IMG/VR virus record: IMGVR_UViG_2974732567_000001
Span: 1-64,000 of that record
Strand: one strand, 5' to 3'
DNA length: 64,000 nucleotides
DNA from: a virus
Lineage: Duplodnaviria; Caudoviricetes
The notes under the pieces are model-generated. The model saw nothing but the letters and a program-made list of their open reading frames with translations. It ran no database searches and had not been told where the DNA came from. The position numbers and the translations under genes are program-made. Every line of letters begins with the position of its first letter. The stretch's first letter is position 1. Shown here one piece after another: positions 37,984-53,465 of this stretch.

Positions 37984-40713
37984 ATGATACAAATTATAGA
38001 CAACTTTGAACATAGAAGTAAATTGCCTAACTTTACTAGAGACCAATTTACTACATTAGAGGACATGAAAAATGTTCGTGATGAGGATATCGACGAAGGA
38101 CATATATCTTATTGCATATCCACTGATAAACACTATAAATTTAATGTTGGTAATGTTGCTGACGAACTCACAGGAAAGTGGCGAGAATTCAAAGGTGAAA
38201 AAGGAGATAAGGGAGAAGACGGTAAACCTGGTACAAGTGTTCCATCTAACCTTACTGCATTTGTCTTTAAGTCTAGCGAAAGCGAACCTAGCAAACCAGT
38301 GGGTGGTAGTTGGAACTTAGATACTAATATCTTTACTCCTCCAATAGGTTGGTATACAACAGATCAAGACATGGTCGGTACTATTTGGATGTCTTGGGCA
38401 GTATTTCAAACCGATGGTTCTATTTAGGGAGAATGGTCTACTCCGATAAGATTAACTGGAGAAAATGGTAAAGATGGACAAGATGGTAAATCCATAGAGT
38501 TCATATATAAAACATCTAATAGAACACCGACTAGTGCTGATAAACCTAGTAGCGTAAATGTAGATGGTAATGTACCAGAAGGATGGACTAATAACCCTAC
38601 CGGTATTACTGAAGGTACTCCATACGAATGGATGTGTAATAGAATCAAGACAGAAGACGTATGGTCAGATTGGAATGGACCTACAGTATGGGCTAAATGG
38701 GGAGCTAATGGTAAAGATGGTGATGGAGTAGAATATATTTACAAAAGAACTATTACTAATGTTTCACCGGACAGACCTACTGAAGTAAGTCAAGAAGATG
38801 AATTTGTTCCAGATGGTTGGACAGATGATCCTACAGGAGTTAATGAAGATAACATGTACGAATGGGTATGTGTTAGAAAGTATAGAGACGGATTCTGGGG
38901 AGAATTTAGTAATCCTGCTTTGTGGGCTAAATGGGGAGAGAAAGGTGAACCCGGTAAAGATGGAAATGATGGTACATCTGTTAATATTAAAGGAGAATTA
39001 GAATCTACCACTGACCTACCAGAATCAGCACAACCAGGAGACGCATATGTAATAAATGGAGATCTTTATGTATGGGATGGTACAAAATGGAATAACATTG
39101 GAGGAATAAAAGGTCCTGCAGGAGATTCAGCTTATGTGCACATAGCATTTGCAGATGGTGTAGAAACTGATGATGAAGGTATCGTAACTATAGTATACGG
39201 TTTTACTACAACTGGTAGTGTTATAGGAAAAGCTTATATAGGTACTTATGCTGACCATACTGTAGCAGATTCGTAGGATCCACTAGCATACAAATGGTAG
39301 AAGAATAAAGGAGACAAAGGTGACACTGGAGAACCTGGAAAAGAAGGTCCTCAAGGAGTACAAGGTCCTGTAGGTCCAGATGGTAAGACTTATTACACAT
39401 GGATTCGTTATGCAGAAGATTCAAATGGAACTGGTATAAGCAATAATCCCGATGGTAAATCTTACATCGGATTGGCATATAATAAAGAAACTGCTACGGA
39501 AAGTAATGATCCAGATGACTATACTTGGTCAAAGATAACTGGTGAAGATGGAGTACCGGGTCCTGCTGGTGAAGATGGAAAGACACTTTACACATGGATC
39601 AAGTATGCAGATACAATGCCTACATCCTCATCTAGTACGATATACGATGTACCTAATGAGAGTACTAAATACATTGGTATAGCAGTAAATAAAGAAACAG
39701 CATCCGAAGGTACTGATCCTATGGAGTATACTTGGAGTTTATTTAGAGGTGCTGATGGTACTAATGGAACAAATGGAAAAGACGGTAGAGATGGTAGAAT
39801 CACATATCCAGCAGGTATATATGACGCTACTGTAACATATACAGCCACTGATACTAAAGCACCATATGTGTTATATGGTGATACATATTATGTAATGAAT
39901 GTTACTACTAGTTGGACTGGTTCACAGAATGAAGGTAAAACTCCAGCAGATGATTATGAACAAAACGGTGAACATGCTACTTGGATACCTATGGAGAAAT
40001 TTGAAGCAGTATATGCTAAATTATTGATTGCAGATAATGGTACATTAGGTAAGTTCGTGTTTAATGGAAATTACATGTTTAGTCAAGAAGGTGTTAATAG
40101 TGATGGAGATAGTTCTAATAATTATGAGGACTTCAATCCAGATAGCCCTGATTCAGGAAGTTTTTAGCCTAACTTCTATGTAAATGGACTTACAGGTAAA
40201 GTAGTTGCTAGGAATGCATATATAAAAGGTGCATACAAGGAACAAACTAAACTAGTAGATAATTCTAGTTATTCTTATGTAACACTAGGTGGAGGTAATA
40301 TAAGTGTAAATAGAAGTGTAGATGATATAATGGGGAGAGGTACACATCAACATATAAGTGTTGGTAGTGGTTGGATATACGATATTGCTAGTGCTGAAAA
40401 ACAATGGTCGGCATATACTGTTACAAATATATCAGATACCCCTCTTTTGATAACAAATTACTTTTCCGGTTGTTTCAAAGCTTTTTGTTATCTTGGAGAT
40501 TTGTATTATGGAGTGATATTACCCTCTAAATACAGTTCTGTTACATTAACAAAGATAAGAGTACCGAATAATACTGCTATTGATTTCGATGGAATATCTA
40601 ATGCTGGTTATGTAAATGAGTTAGTGTTGATAAGTCCAAATCAAAATAGGGTGGTTTCTATTGTAGATAATTGGACCGTGGGAAGGGTTACTTATAAAAT
40701 GTTACAACTCTAA
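37984..40713 (+). CDS. Tail fibre protein with collagen-like GXY runs and internal repeats (909 aa)
   Basis: Four same-frame fragments; GEKGDKGEDGKPG, repeated DGWT.DPTG, W.KWG..GKDG and GKT.YTWI.YA modules. Confidence 0.82.
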
Positions 40714-41735
40714 TGAAAAATGCGATAGATAAGCAATTGAGATATTCTGTTAAAATAAATTACAGAGATGTTTTAGCATCTATCTGTGTAAATGAACTAA
40801 CATCTTTACTTAGTAAAGTAGATTTCGTTCAAGATCGGTAGATGTTGAAAGCTATGATCTGTCATTGCGAAAGACAGATAGGGACCGACATTCCACTAGG
40901 ATTTACTACTATATGTAATTTGTTCACTCCTTATACAGAACCTGAATGTTTACACGGTAGAGTAATATACAACCTATTCCAATTAGGAGGAGGTATAGAA
41001 GAAGCTCCGATTGATGGTAAGTAGTATGCTAGACAGAATGCTAAATGGAGTGAAGTTACAGGCGGAGGTGGAGGAGAAATAGAAACAAACACTCCTCTAG
41101 TTAAACCAATCATGACAGTATAGTGGACTAATAAAAGAACTGGTAATACTAGTAACTCACTAAACATTAATACTGAAATAGGGGATACCTATAAATGGAG
41201 TGGTAACTATATGTGGCAATCAAAGAAAAATTATAAAGATCCTGAAACTATGGAAAGTAATGTATTTAGTGAATTAACAGAAGATGGAATACAATCTCCT
41301 ACAGTAGAGATGGAAACATTATCTAATGCTAATTACTATGTAACACTTAAAGCTCCTAAGACTGGTTATGAAGTAGTAGATGGACAGTTAGTACCAGCTA
41401 CTGGAGATGACGAAGAAACAGTAAATAGTAAAATTACATTCCTATATCCTGCTTATTATGGAGTAGAAGGTAATATGAATAAACAATTAGTTTCTTCTAA
41501 CAACATAACTATATCCAATATAACTACTAGTGGCAGTGAATATTTTGTGTACAAATATCCTAGTAATTTTCCTAAGCTGACTACTATTACTTAGAATGAT
41601 GCTTATAATGTTACACAAGCATTTAACTATAGTGAAGAATCATTCACAACTGATACAGGACTTAAATTAACAATGAGAGTATATACTTCTGCTAATCCAG
41701 GAGCGTTTACTAATGCTAAACTAAATTTTAAATGA
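40713..41735 (+). CDS. Fibre-associated protein with a foldon-like motif (340 aa)
   Basis: EAPIDGK(Q)YARQNAKW resembles the fibritin foldon EAPxDGxxYxRxxxxW. Confidence 0.72.
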
Positions 41736-44700
41736 CAGAGAGTATAATCACATTCCCGTCGAAGATTGGTAGTAATAACCCTAAAGCCTATGGAGCAGTT
41801 AATGCAACATAGGTTTCTGGGCATAAATAGGTTTTTACTACTAGTGATCTGTATACTATTTCTGATTCTATACTTAGCGAAAGTAAAGATAACACTAATA
41901 ATGATGCTATAGGTTAGAGGTGGTTCGTACAGAGTTCATAGGCTTATTACCAATTAATCAGCTGGGAAAATAGAAATAATAGTAGAGGTTGGTCAGTAGT
42001 GCAAGGCGGGAGTGGTGATGGAGGTACTAACATTGTTATATCAGATACTCCGCCTTTAGATACTAATGACATATGGGCCGATGACTCCGAGAAGTCAATT
42101 CCTGAATATGTAAATGAAGATTTACAGAGCTTAATACAAGCTGTTAATACTATTCAATAGCAAATTAAAAAGTATGAATACGCATTTAACAATCAGTTGA
42201 GTTCAGGAGATTTCACTAATAATACAGCTGATGTAATTACTAGTGTAGACCCAGAATAGCCTGTAGAGTATACAGAAGAATAGAACCTAAAATATATAGG
42301 AACTAATACAGCTAGAGATCCAGAGTATCCAGCATACTCTGAAACAATGGTACCTAACCTTAAGCACTTATGTATTAAGGCAGGTAAATATACAGATTTA
42401 CTAGCTAATCAAGATAAATTTTTAAATAGTGAATTATTGTGGTGTACCGATACCCAAAGGCTTTATATTAAAAGTGAAGGTAACCTTGTATGGATTAACA
42501 AATCCGGAGGTGGTGGAGGTGAAGACCCAGACCCAGGAGACGAAGGCATGACTAAAGATGATTTAGATAAACTGGACTATATTGGATTTGTAGCTCCAAG
42601 TGGACAAACTTATCGTGTTAAGGTAAGTAACGATGGTAAACTTATTGTTTACATGAAAGAACTCGATACACCTCAAGCAGAACCAACTGGAGGACAAACA
42701 GATCCTTCTACAGGTTGGGTGTATGTAACATCTCTGTATTTACAGAAATTGTACATTAATAGTTTGTATTGTGGTGGATTAACTGCAGACGAACACTCAT
42801 ATAATTATTGCTCCCATAACTTTGTAGAACTATCCAATTTGACTGATGCTGATATCAATCTTAACGGTTTATCACTACAGTATTCTAGTGGTGGAACTAA
42901 CTGGGAGGTTCTTCCTCTTGAAGGGCTAATTAAGAAAGGAGAAACGTTCCTCATTAGAGGAGCACAATGTTCAGTAATGGACGCGAATACTACTCGTATT
43001 AAAGTAAATAGTTATGATATGGAGTGGTATGCTAAGGACGGAGGATTAATTAAGTTTGATAACACAAAAGCTAAATTCTACCTTACTTGGGGTGATACTT
43101 CCTCTAGTGTAGCATCGCCATATAGTAATGTAGGAGGTAGTTATAAAGTTAGTAAAGGTTATATCGACTTAGTAGGATTGAATAAAGAGAATGCAGGAGA
43201 TGCAGACACTATTGATGCTAAAGAGAATAGTCCTTATGCATATCTTAATTCTAATAGACTATTTACTAAGTATTATAGTATGGATCCAGTTAGTCAAGCA
43301 ACTAAGGCTCTGAGTGCTAGAAATAACGCTAATGATTGGTATTTCGTAGATCTTACGAAAGATGTTATTCCTATGATAGAATCTTATACTCCTAAGGCTA
43401 CTTATGAGCATAAAGACATATTCTACAATAAGACTAAATTAGACGATACTAAGCCTAATTATGTTACTTGTACTTTCGGTATTCAAGCTACTGCTCCTAA
43501 TGCTACTAGATGTTTTAATTGGATATCTACCGAATATCACGATGAATTCCTATGGTATAAAAAGTCTACAGAGAGTGATTGGAATAAAGTAGAATCATTT
43601 AAAAATGAAACTGGGAATAGGAAGTATTACAATAGAATTAGATCTGAATTTACTGACGGTACTGCATTTACTACTCATAAGGTTATAATCAAAAACCTTA
43701 GCGCAGGTACTTATGATTATAAAGTAGTAAGAGATGCTAATTATGAGAGTGATGTAATGCACTTTACAGTTAGAGAAGTAGGAGATGATTTCACTTTTGT
43801 TCAAGTATCAGATCAATAGGGATTCAGATGGGATGAGTATCAGATATGGAAATCATCAGCAGAATACATAGCAGAAAATGTACCAGAGATGGAATTTACT
43901 GTTAATACTGGTGATATGACTCAAAATGGTAATCGTGTCAATGAGTGGATTGATTACTATACAGGTAGACAAGCTATGAGAGATTTCGAGGAAATGCCTG
44001 TTATCGGTAATAATGACCTGTGCCCTGCTAATATCTATCAGTTAGGTAATGGAGGCGATAGTTCAAAGATTAATCCTAAAAACCTATCATTCTTCTATAC
44101 TTTTGAAATTGATGAAGAGAATCCACCTATATTCAATATTGAGGATAAAGAAGTGTTTATTGATTCTCTATATTCATTCAATTACGGTAATGTACACTTT
44201 ATGGCTATCAATTCTGAAATTACAGATGGTACTGAAAAGAATGTATATGGACTGAGTACAAATGGTTTAGTATACTCTAATATGAAGACATGGTGTCAGA
44301 ATGATATTAATAAGAATTCTGATAAAACATGGAAGATAGCATTTACTCATGAGTTACCATTTACTATTATTACCCAGAATGTGATCAGTAATTTCTATTG
44401 GGATAACACAGAGAACAGTAAGATTGAAAGATCAGGTAGTCACTTGAACTATAATACTACAGCTGATAATAAGTACTGGTTTAGTAAATTCTGTCAGGAG
44501 AATGACATTAGATTGGCTATAGGTGGACACAAACATACCTATGCTGCTACATTCCCTTTAAAAGAAAATCCAGCTAGTACTATGAAACCTATTATCCAAG
44601 TAACCGAAGAAATGTTACAAGAATCGTTTGGTACTACTACTCTTGCTTCGGATGACTCTGATCCACAGTTAGAGGGTCAACTATTCCCATCTACATGGAT

Positions 44701-45112
44701 TGGTAATGATGCATATAAGACTCAAAAACACTTGTGTACATTTGAATTAGTAGAGAAGATAACAGCGCCTGTATATATTACTAATCAAGCTACAGGTTAT
44801 AAACACACTTCTAATAAAGAGTTGCCATCTCCATACACTCCTTGGGATCACTACTTCTTCCCAGCTACTATTACTCAAACTAGTCAAACGGATATTACAG
44901 CTAAAGTAAATGCTGGGCAAAGATATCCTTTCTATACTATTTATAAGGTATCTGCGGATAATATTCAATGTACTACTAAAAAGATAAATTATCTATTTAC
45001 TTCTGCTGGTAAATATAATGTTAACATTCCTAGTAGTAGTAATCCTCCTGCAGCAATTGGTGGAAACGGAGAAATTAATAGTGGTAATGACATAATTGTT
45101 ATAACAAAATGA
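41732..45112 (+). CDS. Large protein with lamin-tail-like and purple-acid-phosphatase-type metallophosphoesterase domains (1126 aa)
   Basis: NFVELSNLTDADINLNGLSLQY (LTD-like); VSDQ(Q), NTGDMTQNG, IGNND, AFTHE, GGHKHTY (calcineurin-like motifs). Confidence 0.8.
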
Positions 45113-48100
45113 ATTTAAAAAAGTATAATGAATCTACCGGCACTTGGGATATAATTTCTTCAGGTAATGCTTCTGGTATCATGGTTACTGACCCTCACTT
45201 TTTAGAAGAGGGTCAAACCTTTAAATCCGTTAATCAGGTATTAGTGGATATGGACGATAAAGTAGAAGAGACTAAAAGAAATCTAAGCTGGGTCGTATTA
45301 AATGGTACTATTGGTGGCGGAGGAAGCGGTGGTGGAACCACTGCTTCTATTAAGCTTACTGACAGTAGTATCGTTACTACTGAAGGCGTACATTATCTAT
45401 ATTCTACTTCTACTAAGTTAACACTACATTATCTTATTAGTTCTACTAAACCTAATGAGAAGTATAACATATCTGTATCACTAGATGGTAATACTATTAT
45501 AAGTAATCAAGTAGGTTATTCTTCAGTATAGGGTACATTAGAAATTCCTAATATTGCTGAATTTTCTAGTTCAGCTAGTCACAGTATTGTTGTTACTGCT
45601 GAGAATACAGAAGGTATCTCAGTAAGCCCTTACTTACTTACTGTAGTAGAATCATCTATCAGTCTAGAATCTTCCGTAACTTCTGTAACTGCTACTATAG
45701 GTTTACCATACAATATTACTTATAAAATAACTAATAAGGTATTAGGTTCTGAAACTTCTCTTATAGTTACTAATACAACTAATGGTATATCTAAGAGTTA
45801 TTCTGTAGGAAAATTTACTTCAGTAGAACCTAAGTTATTAGATGTAAACTTCTTTGACTTATTCAATGGTGCTACTCCTACTGCTGGTAGTTCATATACT
45901 ATATCTGCGCAAGCTACTACTTCTGTAGATACTTAGGTAATTCAATCAGATACTGTTACTAATAAAGTAGTAGTAGAAGATGGACAAACACTAGTAGTAT
46001 TGGTAGATGGAATCACTACACAAGCTGATATAGAAGCAGGAACAGAACCAACAGAGTTCGCATAGTCTGGTAATATATCATTCTCATTTACTCCGTACTT
46101 AGCAGGAGTATCAATTATATATTATGCTATCAGAATACAAAGAGGTACTATCACAACTGATATAGGTAACTTCGATGCTGATAGTAGTAATTTCAATTCT
46201 AACAGTTATGTGTTAAGAGGTAAAGCTCAAGTATTTAGTTGGTCTATTCCACAAGAAGAATCATACTTGGGAGACTATGTTATTACTTTAAGATGTTGGT
46301 CTGAAAAAGGTAGTCCTATAACTGATACTATCCTTAGATGTAATGTCATAGCTGCAGATCAAAGTTTGATTCCTACATAGAATCCAAACAATACTATGTA
46401 CGCATAGTGGAATATAAAACAAGCTACATTCCCTCAAGAAACATCTGCTAAAATCTGGCCTAGTGTTGTATCTAACTTTATTATGCCAGGATAGCAAGAA
46501 GAACAATCTGTAACTACCAATTTAAATGTATATGATACTAATGGTATACTATCAGGTTTCTTGAATGAAAATGGATAGAGTAAATTAAGACTAGCCGGAG
46601 AAGCATATGGGGTAGTAGATTTACAACCATTCGCTGCATCTACTGCAGATAATACTAACTGGTCTAGACTAGGTTTTACTATATCTACTACATTTAAAAC
46701 AGACTTACATCCATACAATGATAGAAGTGTGTTCTTTATTGGAGATTACTCTTCAGATAATCAATTTCAAGAAGGTATTAAAGTAGACCTTGAAGATGTA
46801 GTTTGGAAGTATACAGACGGTGCTATTAAAGAAAGTATATCTTGTAAGATACAATAGAATACTGTAAATACTCTTGATTTTGTAGTAGATCAAAGTAACA
46901 AGGAAGTAAAGATATTTGTCAATGGAGTATTAAATGTAGCCAGAGAGATTAAAGATAATTTCACATGGAGTAGTTCTAGTAAGATATATCTTGGGTGTAC
47001 TTACCAGAATGATAGACCTACTAATTTTAGTGATGTGGAATTCTATGAAATGAATTTATTCAGATCTCCACTAAATGATAAGCAAATAGTAATTAATGCT
47101 CTAAATGCTAGAGTAAGATCTACGCTTACTAGTACAGGTTCTGTAGACTTTACAGAGTATAATAACCTCAAATTAAAGAATTTCTTTAGCATTACAGAAA
47201 ACAGTAATGCATCTACTTTATGGGACGATTCTACCGGTACTTATGCTAAGTTGAATTTTAATAGTTTGATAGGTGACGTAAATAGAAAACCACCATTGCC
47301 TGTAGCATTAATCAATTGCTCCAATTCAGGTTTTACTAAAGCTGTATACGAGGCAATTGGTCCTAATACTACATTGTATAATGGTTGTACATTCAGTTAC
47401 TTCGACCCAGATTCTACTAGTGGTTCAGCTGTATCTACTACAGATATGTCTATATAGATTCAGGGTACTTCATCTACAGGTTATAGAAGTAAGAACTTAG
47501 AGGTTGCTTTTAATAAAATACTAACAGACGATGAAGGAAAAAGCATAGGTCCAGAGTTATTCCAACCTAAAGCTACGTGGATGCCAGAGAATCAATTTAC
47601 TTTGAAAGCAGACGTAGTGGACAGTGCTCATGCTAATAATGCATCTATAGGTAAATGGATCAATGATAATGCAGATGTGTTATTCGATAAGACTCCTCCT
47701 ATGCAAGAACTAGAAGCTAGACGACCTGTAGACTCTGTTACACCTAGTGAAGTACACAATGAAGTTACTATTAAGCATACTCTAGAAGGTTTTCCAATCA
47801 TTCTACTTATATAGTTTGATGGTACTAGTACTCAAGAAATGTTAGGTATATATTCATTTAACTTGGGTCGTGCTGCATACTACAACATGGGTATGAAGTT
47901 CTTAAAGAACTTTACTACTAAGATTAAGAATGTTACCGGAGAATATGTAGATCAACCTCTTCCTGCTTTCATTACTAAGTATGAAGCTTATAAGGTGGAT
48001 GAAAACTTCGGTAGTATAAATCAATAGTAGATTTACTCGTATGAATTCGGAGATAATGCAAACATAATAGAAACTCCAGAAGGTATACAACATACAGCTC

Positions 48101-51100
48101 TATTTATGTAGGATGACTTAACTGTATTACAGCACGTAGGTGAATTCAAATTTAATGGAGCTACATAGGATGCTACATCTGTAACTGATAATAATATATG
48201 GTAGAGGTTGTAGTTATTATTTACTACTCTAGCTGGAATGACTGGTGAAGAGATAGATAAGTATAGGTGGAATACTATCAATAAAGGTTATGAGAAAACA
48301 GGAGGAACTTATCCTGCATAGCAATCATGGTCTGCATTAGCTGATGATCTTACTTTAAGATTGAGTATTAGAAATGCTTATTCATACTTCATGATATGTG
48401 TAGTATTTGGGCTTGTTGACTCTCTAGGTAAAAACATGGTATTAAGATCGTGGAATGTTGGAGGATCTCTCACAGATTCTAATATGAACAAATGGTGGCC
48501 TTGTTTTTACGATATGGATACTGGAAATGGTATTAGTAATACTGGAGAAGAGAACGTGGCTAAAACCGCTTATATAGATGGTTTTAGTAATGCAGATGCT
48601 AGTTCAGGAGTAAACTCTTTAGTAATCAAACAAAATGATCCAAACAATGGTTACGATGAGTATTCTAGTAGATTATGGGATGTATTAAGAGATAGTAGAT
48701 TCATAAGTACTGGAGTATATTCAGGAAGTGATTACAATGGTTTATGGGACTTATGGAGAACTAATAGTTCTTTATTAACCAGTTCTTCTATGTATGTAGA
48801 AAATTACTTCAGTGCTCAAACGAAAAACTGTGGAGAACTTCTATACAACTATGACTATAGAGTAAAGTATCTTACTAAATACCAGAAAGATGAAGACAGT
48901 CCTGCTTCATATGCTAATGTAGAATTCTTGCATGGTACACGTAATGACTTTGTAAGAGATTGGTTAAAGAAGCGTTTGACGTTTATGGATGGAGTATTCT
49001 TGTTTGCTAACAATAATGTTATTTATCCCTACAACGAGAAAGGTTCATTTAAATGTGGTGGAGCTTAGACTAACAATTCTAAACTTACTGTTAAGATAAA
49101 TAGTCCTGCTATTCTTACAGTAAATATAGGTAATGCTGCTGGTAGCGAGACTAGATATTATATTGAAGAAAATGTAGATACGGACATATATCTTTCATCA
49201 TTGTCATCTTTCAATACACAGATTACTGTTAATAATATGTCTGAAATAAGTAACATGATGGGACTAGATGAAATTAGGTTTCAAGGTTTTATGACATCTA
49301 TGTCATTGCCTAGTATGTCCGAAATAGATATACAAAATACTAGTACATTATCATCGAATCCTATAGACTTTGCTACTATATTCGTTAAGAAATAGGATGG
49401 TAAGAGTGTTTCAGATATTAGACATATTAACTTGTCTAACACTAGTTTTTGGTCAGGAAACAGTGGTGTTAACTCATTTCCAGTAGACGTATAGAACTAT
49501 AACAAATTAAAGACAATAGATATATCAAATGGATGTGTAACTTCACTAGCACTGCCTAATGCCGCACTATCTACTCTTACTCTAACAAATTCTGCGATAG
49601 AAAGAGTAACTCTAGCTGACCAACCTTTTATTAGTAAAATTGATTTTACAGGATGTAATAAACTACAATCTGTAGAAGTAAGTAATTGTAACTAGATAAC
49701 GGAATTAGACTTACGTAATTTGAGTGACTTAACTAGTATCAATATTATTGGTTGTGCTAAGCTTGAAAGAATTTATGCACCTAACTGTAATAAGTTAGCC
49801 ACATTTAATGTGTCAAATGCTAATGCACTTAAGTCTGTAACACTATCTAATTGCAATAATGCTAACTTAAGTATTAGTTTAGTAGGAGCTTCTAATCTTG
49901 AAGAACTGAATCTAGATAATACAAATACTACTGATGTAATTGAATTTGCACCAGGATTCAATAAATTGAAGGTATTAAATATTGCTTCAAGTAATATTAA
50001 TGCATTTCAATTTGGAAATGATCCTGTAGCTACTACATCTACAGGTGAAAGAATACTAGATCTTAGTCCATTTACTTTTACTAATCTGTATATGTACTAT
50101 AATAGTTCTAAGTATGTAAAATTCAAGAATAGTAAAACCAACCCTTTAGAAGTTAATAGTTCTACCTTTAATAATTGTTCTAGTTTAACCAGAGTATTTG
50201 GACACATAAAACTAATATCAGGAAGTGTATTCAGTACTTGTCCTAACTTCTTTATACACGACGTACTAGAAGACGTGACTATTAAACCAACTAGAGGACA
50301 ATGGTATGGTCCAGATACAGATACTGCAGAAGGTTAGGAATAGTGGGATAACAATCAAGGATTAGAGACTAATATATCTATAGGTACTACTAATTTAAGT
50401 AACTGCTTTGTAGGAACTAAAGTAAACTTATACGATGTATATTATATATTGAACATGTGTGACAATGTTGAAAATATTGTTTCTATATTTCATTCTTGTT
50501 CAAATGTAATTACAGATTTTAGTAATCCTTTAAGTAGAGATACATTTAAATATTGCGGTAACATTACTAATGCTACTAATGCCTTCTACGCTACTAGACT
50601 AACAGGTCCCATGTATAGTCCTACTCATACTGGAGATACAATTACTGAATACAATGGTTTATTAAGCCCTTTGAAGAAGTTAGTATATTGTAATAGTATG
50701 TTTAAAACTACTGCTGGCAATTTCTACATAGATGATTTGTTCTTCGCAGAGATAGGCAACAATCAGTATTTACAATTGGCGCATCTGTATAGTATGTTCA
50801 ATTACGGTGATAGCAATGTAATATTTGTGGATAACTGTGATGAAACTTTAACTTCAACAGAAGTAGCAGAGGGACGAAGAGCGTATGCTAGAGCATCTAA
50901 ATTATTAAGAAATCTTCCCAATATAGATACTATAGCTAATATGTTTAATGGTTGTTGGTTTAATTTCGATACAGAAAGTACTGACGATAGTGTAACATAT
51001 AGTCCGTTATTTGCTTATAATAATAAACTAAAAGTAGTTAGTTGGAGTTTCAGAAATATCAAAGCTAAAGGTTCATTGATTAATCTATTTGGTGGTAATT

Positions 51101-53052
51101 CAGTATTTGATAGCAGCAATTTATTCTCTAGGCAAATAACTAAATTATTAGGATGTTTCTATATAACTTCTAATGATGGAGATAAGGTGTATTTCCCTAT
51201 ACACAATAGTATGTTTAGGTAGATTAAACTTACTTTACAATACATAGGTAATGCAGAAGATATTAATCAAATTCCAGATTAGGCTGCTACATGTTTTCAT
51301 GGCGCTGGTATAAATAGAGTATTTGTTAGAGAGTCTGATGAAATATATCCTTATGATGTATTTAAAGGCGTTGTTAATCTAATTGCATGCCCGTGTTTCT
51401 TTGCTAACATAACTATTCCTAATTCCAGTGGTGTAGTATATGAACTACCAGGAAACATCTTCTAGGACTGTTCAAATCTAGTACAGATAACAGGTTGCTT
51501 TAGAAATCAATCAGTAAAGTATAAGTTGACAGGTAAAGGATTTACTAATTGTAAACTTACAAATGTTGCATATGCATTCTATGAAGATTCAAACAGTTAT
51601 ACAAAAGAAGGAGGAGTTCCATATGGTTTGTTTTATATGGAAAGAGATGTAGTAAGATCTTCTACTGGTTGGAGTTATGCAGATGCACTTAGACTAGGAA
51701 TAACTGAAAACTTTGGTATAACTGAAGAAGGAGAACATGATCCTGATGCAGTACTTCCACAAACTATTGATTACAGTGAATCAATAAAAGCTGTTAGAAG
51801 TAGTATAACTGATATGCGGTATGCATTGGCAAATTTCTCTAGCCCTAATGCGGAAGGATACATCAGAAAGCAAGTAGAATTAAATACTGTTGAAGATGCA
51901 GGAGATTTGATAATAACTAATGAAAATTACAATGTCTCAGAATTCATAGTAAATACTGCGTATGATCCGAGAGATCAAATACCTAATCCTGTGTATGATC
52001 CTAATAATCCTGGTTCTACTCCAGAATATATTGATAATCCCAATAAGAATATACATAGAGTAATAAAGAATCCAAACTATAGTCCTTACAAGAAAATATG
52101 GAATATTGATTACTATGATGGAGTATATGGTCTAGGGGATTTGATATAGAACAGCACTTTGTATCAGAACATACAATCTGGTGTTATAACAGATATTGAT
52201 CCTAATATACCATCAGAATTCTTCAATGAAGATGATATGCGATATCCTCTTAGTCCTGCTGGATAGCATAGATTAGATAGTATGAATTACATAGTTCCAT
52301 CAGATCTATTTAAGTATTGCGTCAATAATACTAATATTAATATATCAGATGTTCTCACAGGCAGTGGTAGAAAAATTGATAATGGAGTACAAAGATATAA
52401 TTATGGTATATATGGTAGAATACCAAATAGAATATTCAAAACTCTCACTAACATATCCAGTTTAACTAATGTGTTTGCGTATTGTTATTGCATTAATCCA
52501 TATACTTGGAATGACGATAGTAATAATGGACAGATGTTCCCTTCTGATATGTTATCTAACAATACTGCATTAAAAAGCGTTTCAGGACTATTCCGTGGAA
52601 TATATATACCTGCAAAAGTAGTTATACCTTCTACTTTACTTAGTAAGAACTTAGCTCTTACAGATATATCTTATTTATTCTATGATGCTACATTCCAAGG
52701 CTCTGCTGATGATGTTCAACAGTTAAGTGATACTACATTCTAGTATAATTATATATTACAGAATATATCATATGCATTAGCTAGTACCAGTTCTACTGGA
52801 GGATGGATGGGACAAGGACCTAAGAAGATAGGATCAAATCTGTTTACTCAATCTAAACATAAGAATCTTACGAATGTAACAGGTTTATTCTATGGAGATA
52901 CTTCCACAACAGGTTCTGTGCCAGAATTCTGGACATGGCTAAATAATCTTACTAATACGAATAAACAAAATGTATTTGCTTACATGAGTAAGAGTCTTAT
53001 CACTAATAGTAGTAGTATACCAGAACAATGGGCAACTAATATGAGGGATTAA
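45109..53052 (+). CDS. Giant protein (about 2647 aa) with beta-sandwich/LamG-like, CotH-kinase-like and leucine-rich repeat regions
   Basis: All plus-strand fragments from 45109 to 53052 share one frame; QGTSSTGYRSKN, FTLKAD, LGIYSFN, GLVDSLGKN, FYDMDTG, then LxxLxLxxCxxL and L..i..mF..C repeats. Confidence 0.8.
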
Positions 53053-53053
53053 T

Positions 53054-53239
53054 ATGGATGTGAAGTTATTAACTGATAGAGAGTTATTAGAAGGCATATA
53101 TACTATGTTGTAGTATGTATTAGTCAAGGTAAACGAAATAGATAATGACGATAAACAATTTGGCATGAACTTAGCTGCTGACTTACTCGGCAGCATAGTT
53201 TATGACGCTCAACCTAGAACTACAAGATATGCAAATTAA
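53054..53239 (+). CDS. Hypothetical protein (61 aa, 1 TAG)
   Basis: MDVKLLTDRELLEGIYTML(Q)YVLVK...FGMNLAADLLG. Confidence 0.6.
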
Positions 53240-53465
53240 ATGGTTAAAAGAAAGTAATAGAATGAAGCACCTGAAGTACGCAATTGTACCAGGTGCTCTG
53301 TTCACCATACTATTCGTAGCTGGTCTAGCATCAGGTATGGAGTTTAAAGATAAGATGTATGGTGGTAAATGGGATTGGTTAGACTGGATAGCTACTATAA
53401 TTGGTGGTATGATAGGTCAAGCAATTCAAGTAGGTATAATATTATTATTGAAGTTATGCATATAA
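53229..53465 (+). CDS. Small multi-TM protein (possible holin or antiholin)
   Basis: WLKESNRMKH...GMEFKD..YGGKWDWLDWIATIIGG; directly upstream of the lysin. Confidence 0.65.
   Translation: MQIKWLKESNRMKHLKYAIVPGALFTILFVAGLASGMEFKDKMYGGKWDWLDWIATIIGGMIGQAIQVGIILLLKLCI

Noticed and set aside
38180-39800. Nucleotide repeats in the fibre gene as a second DGR or shufflon
   Set aside because: Explained by collagen-like and modular protein repeats; no adenine-specific pattern, invertase or inverted crossover sites seen
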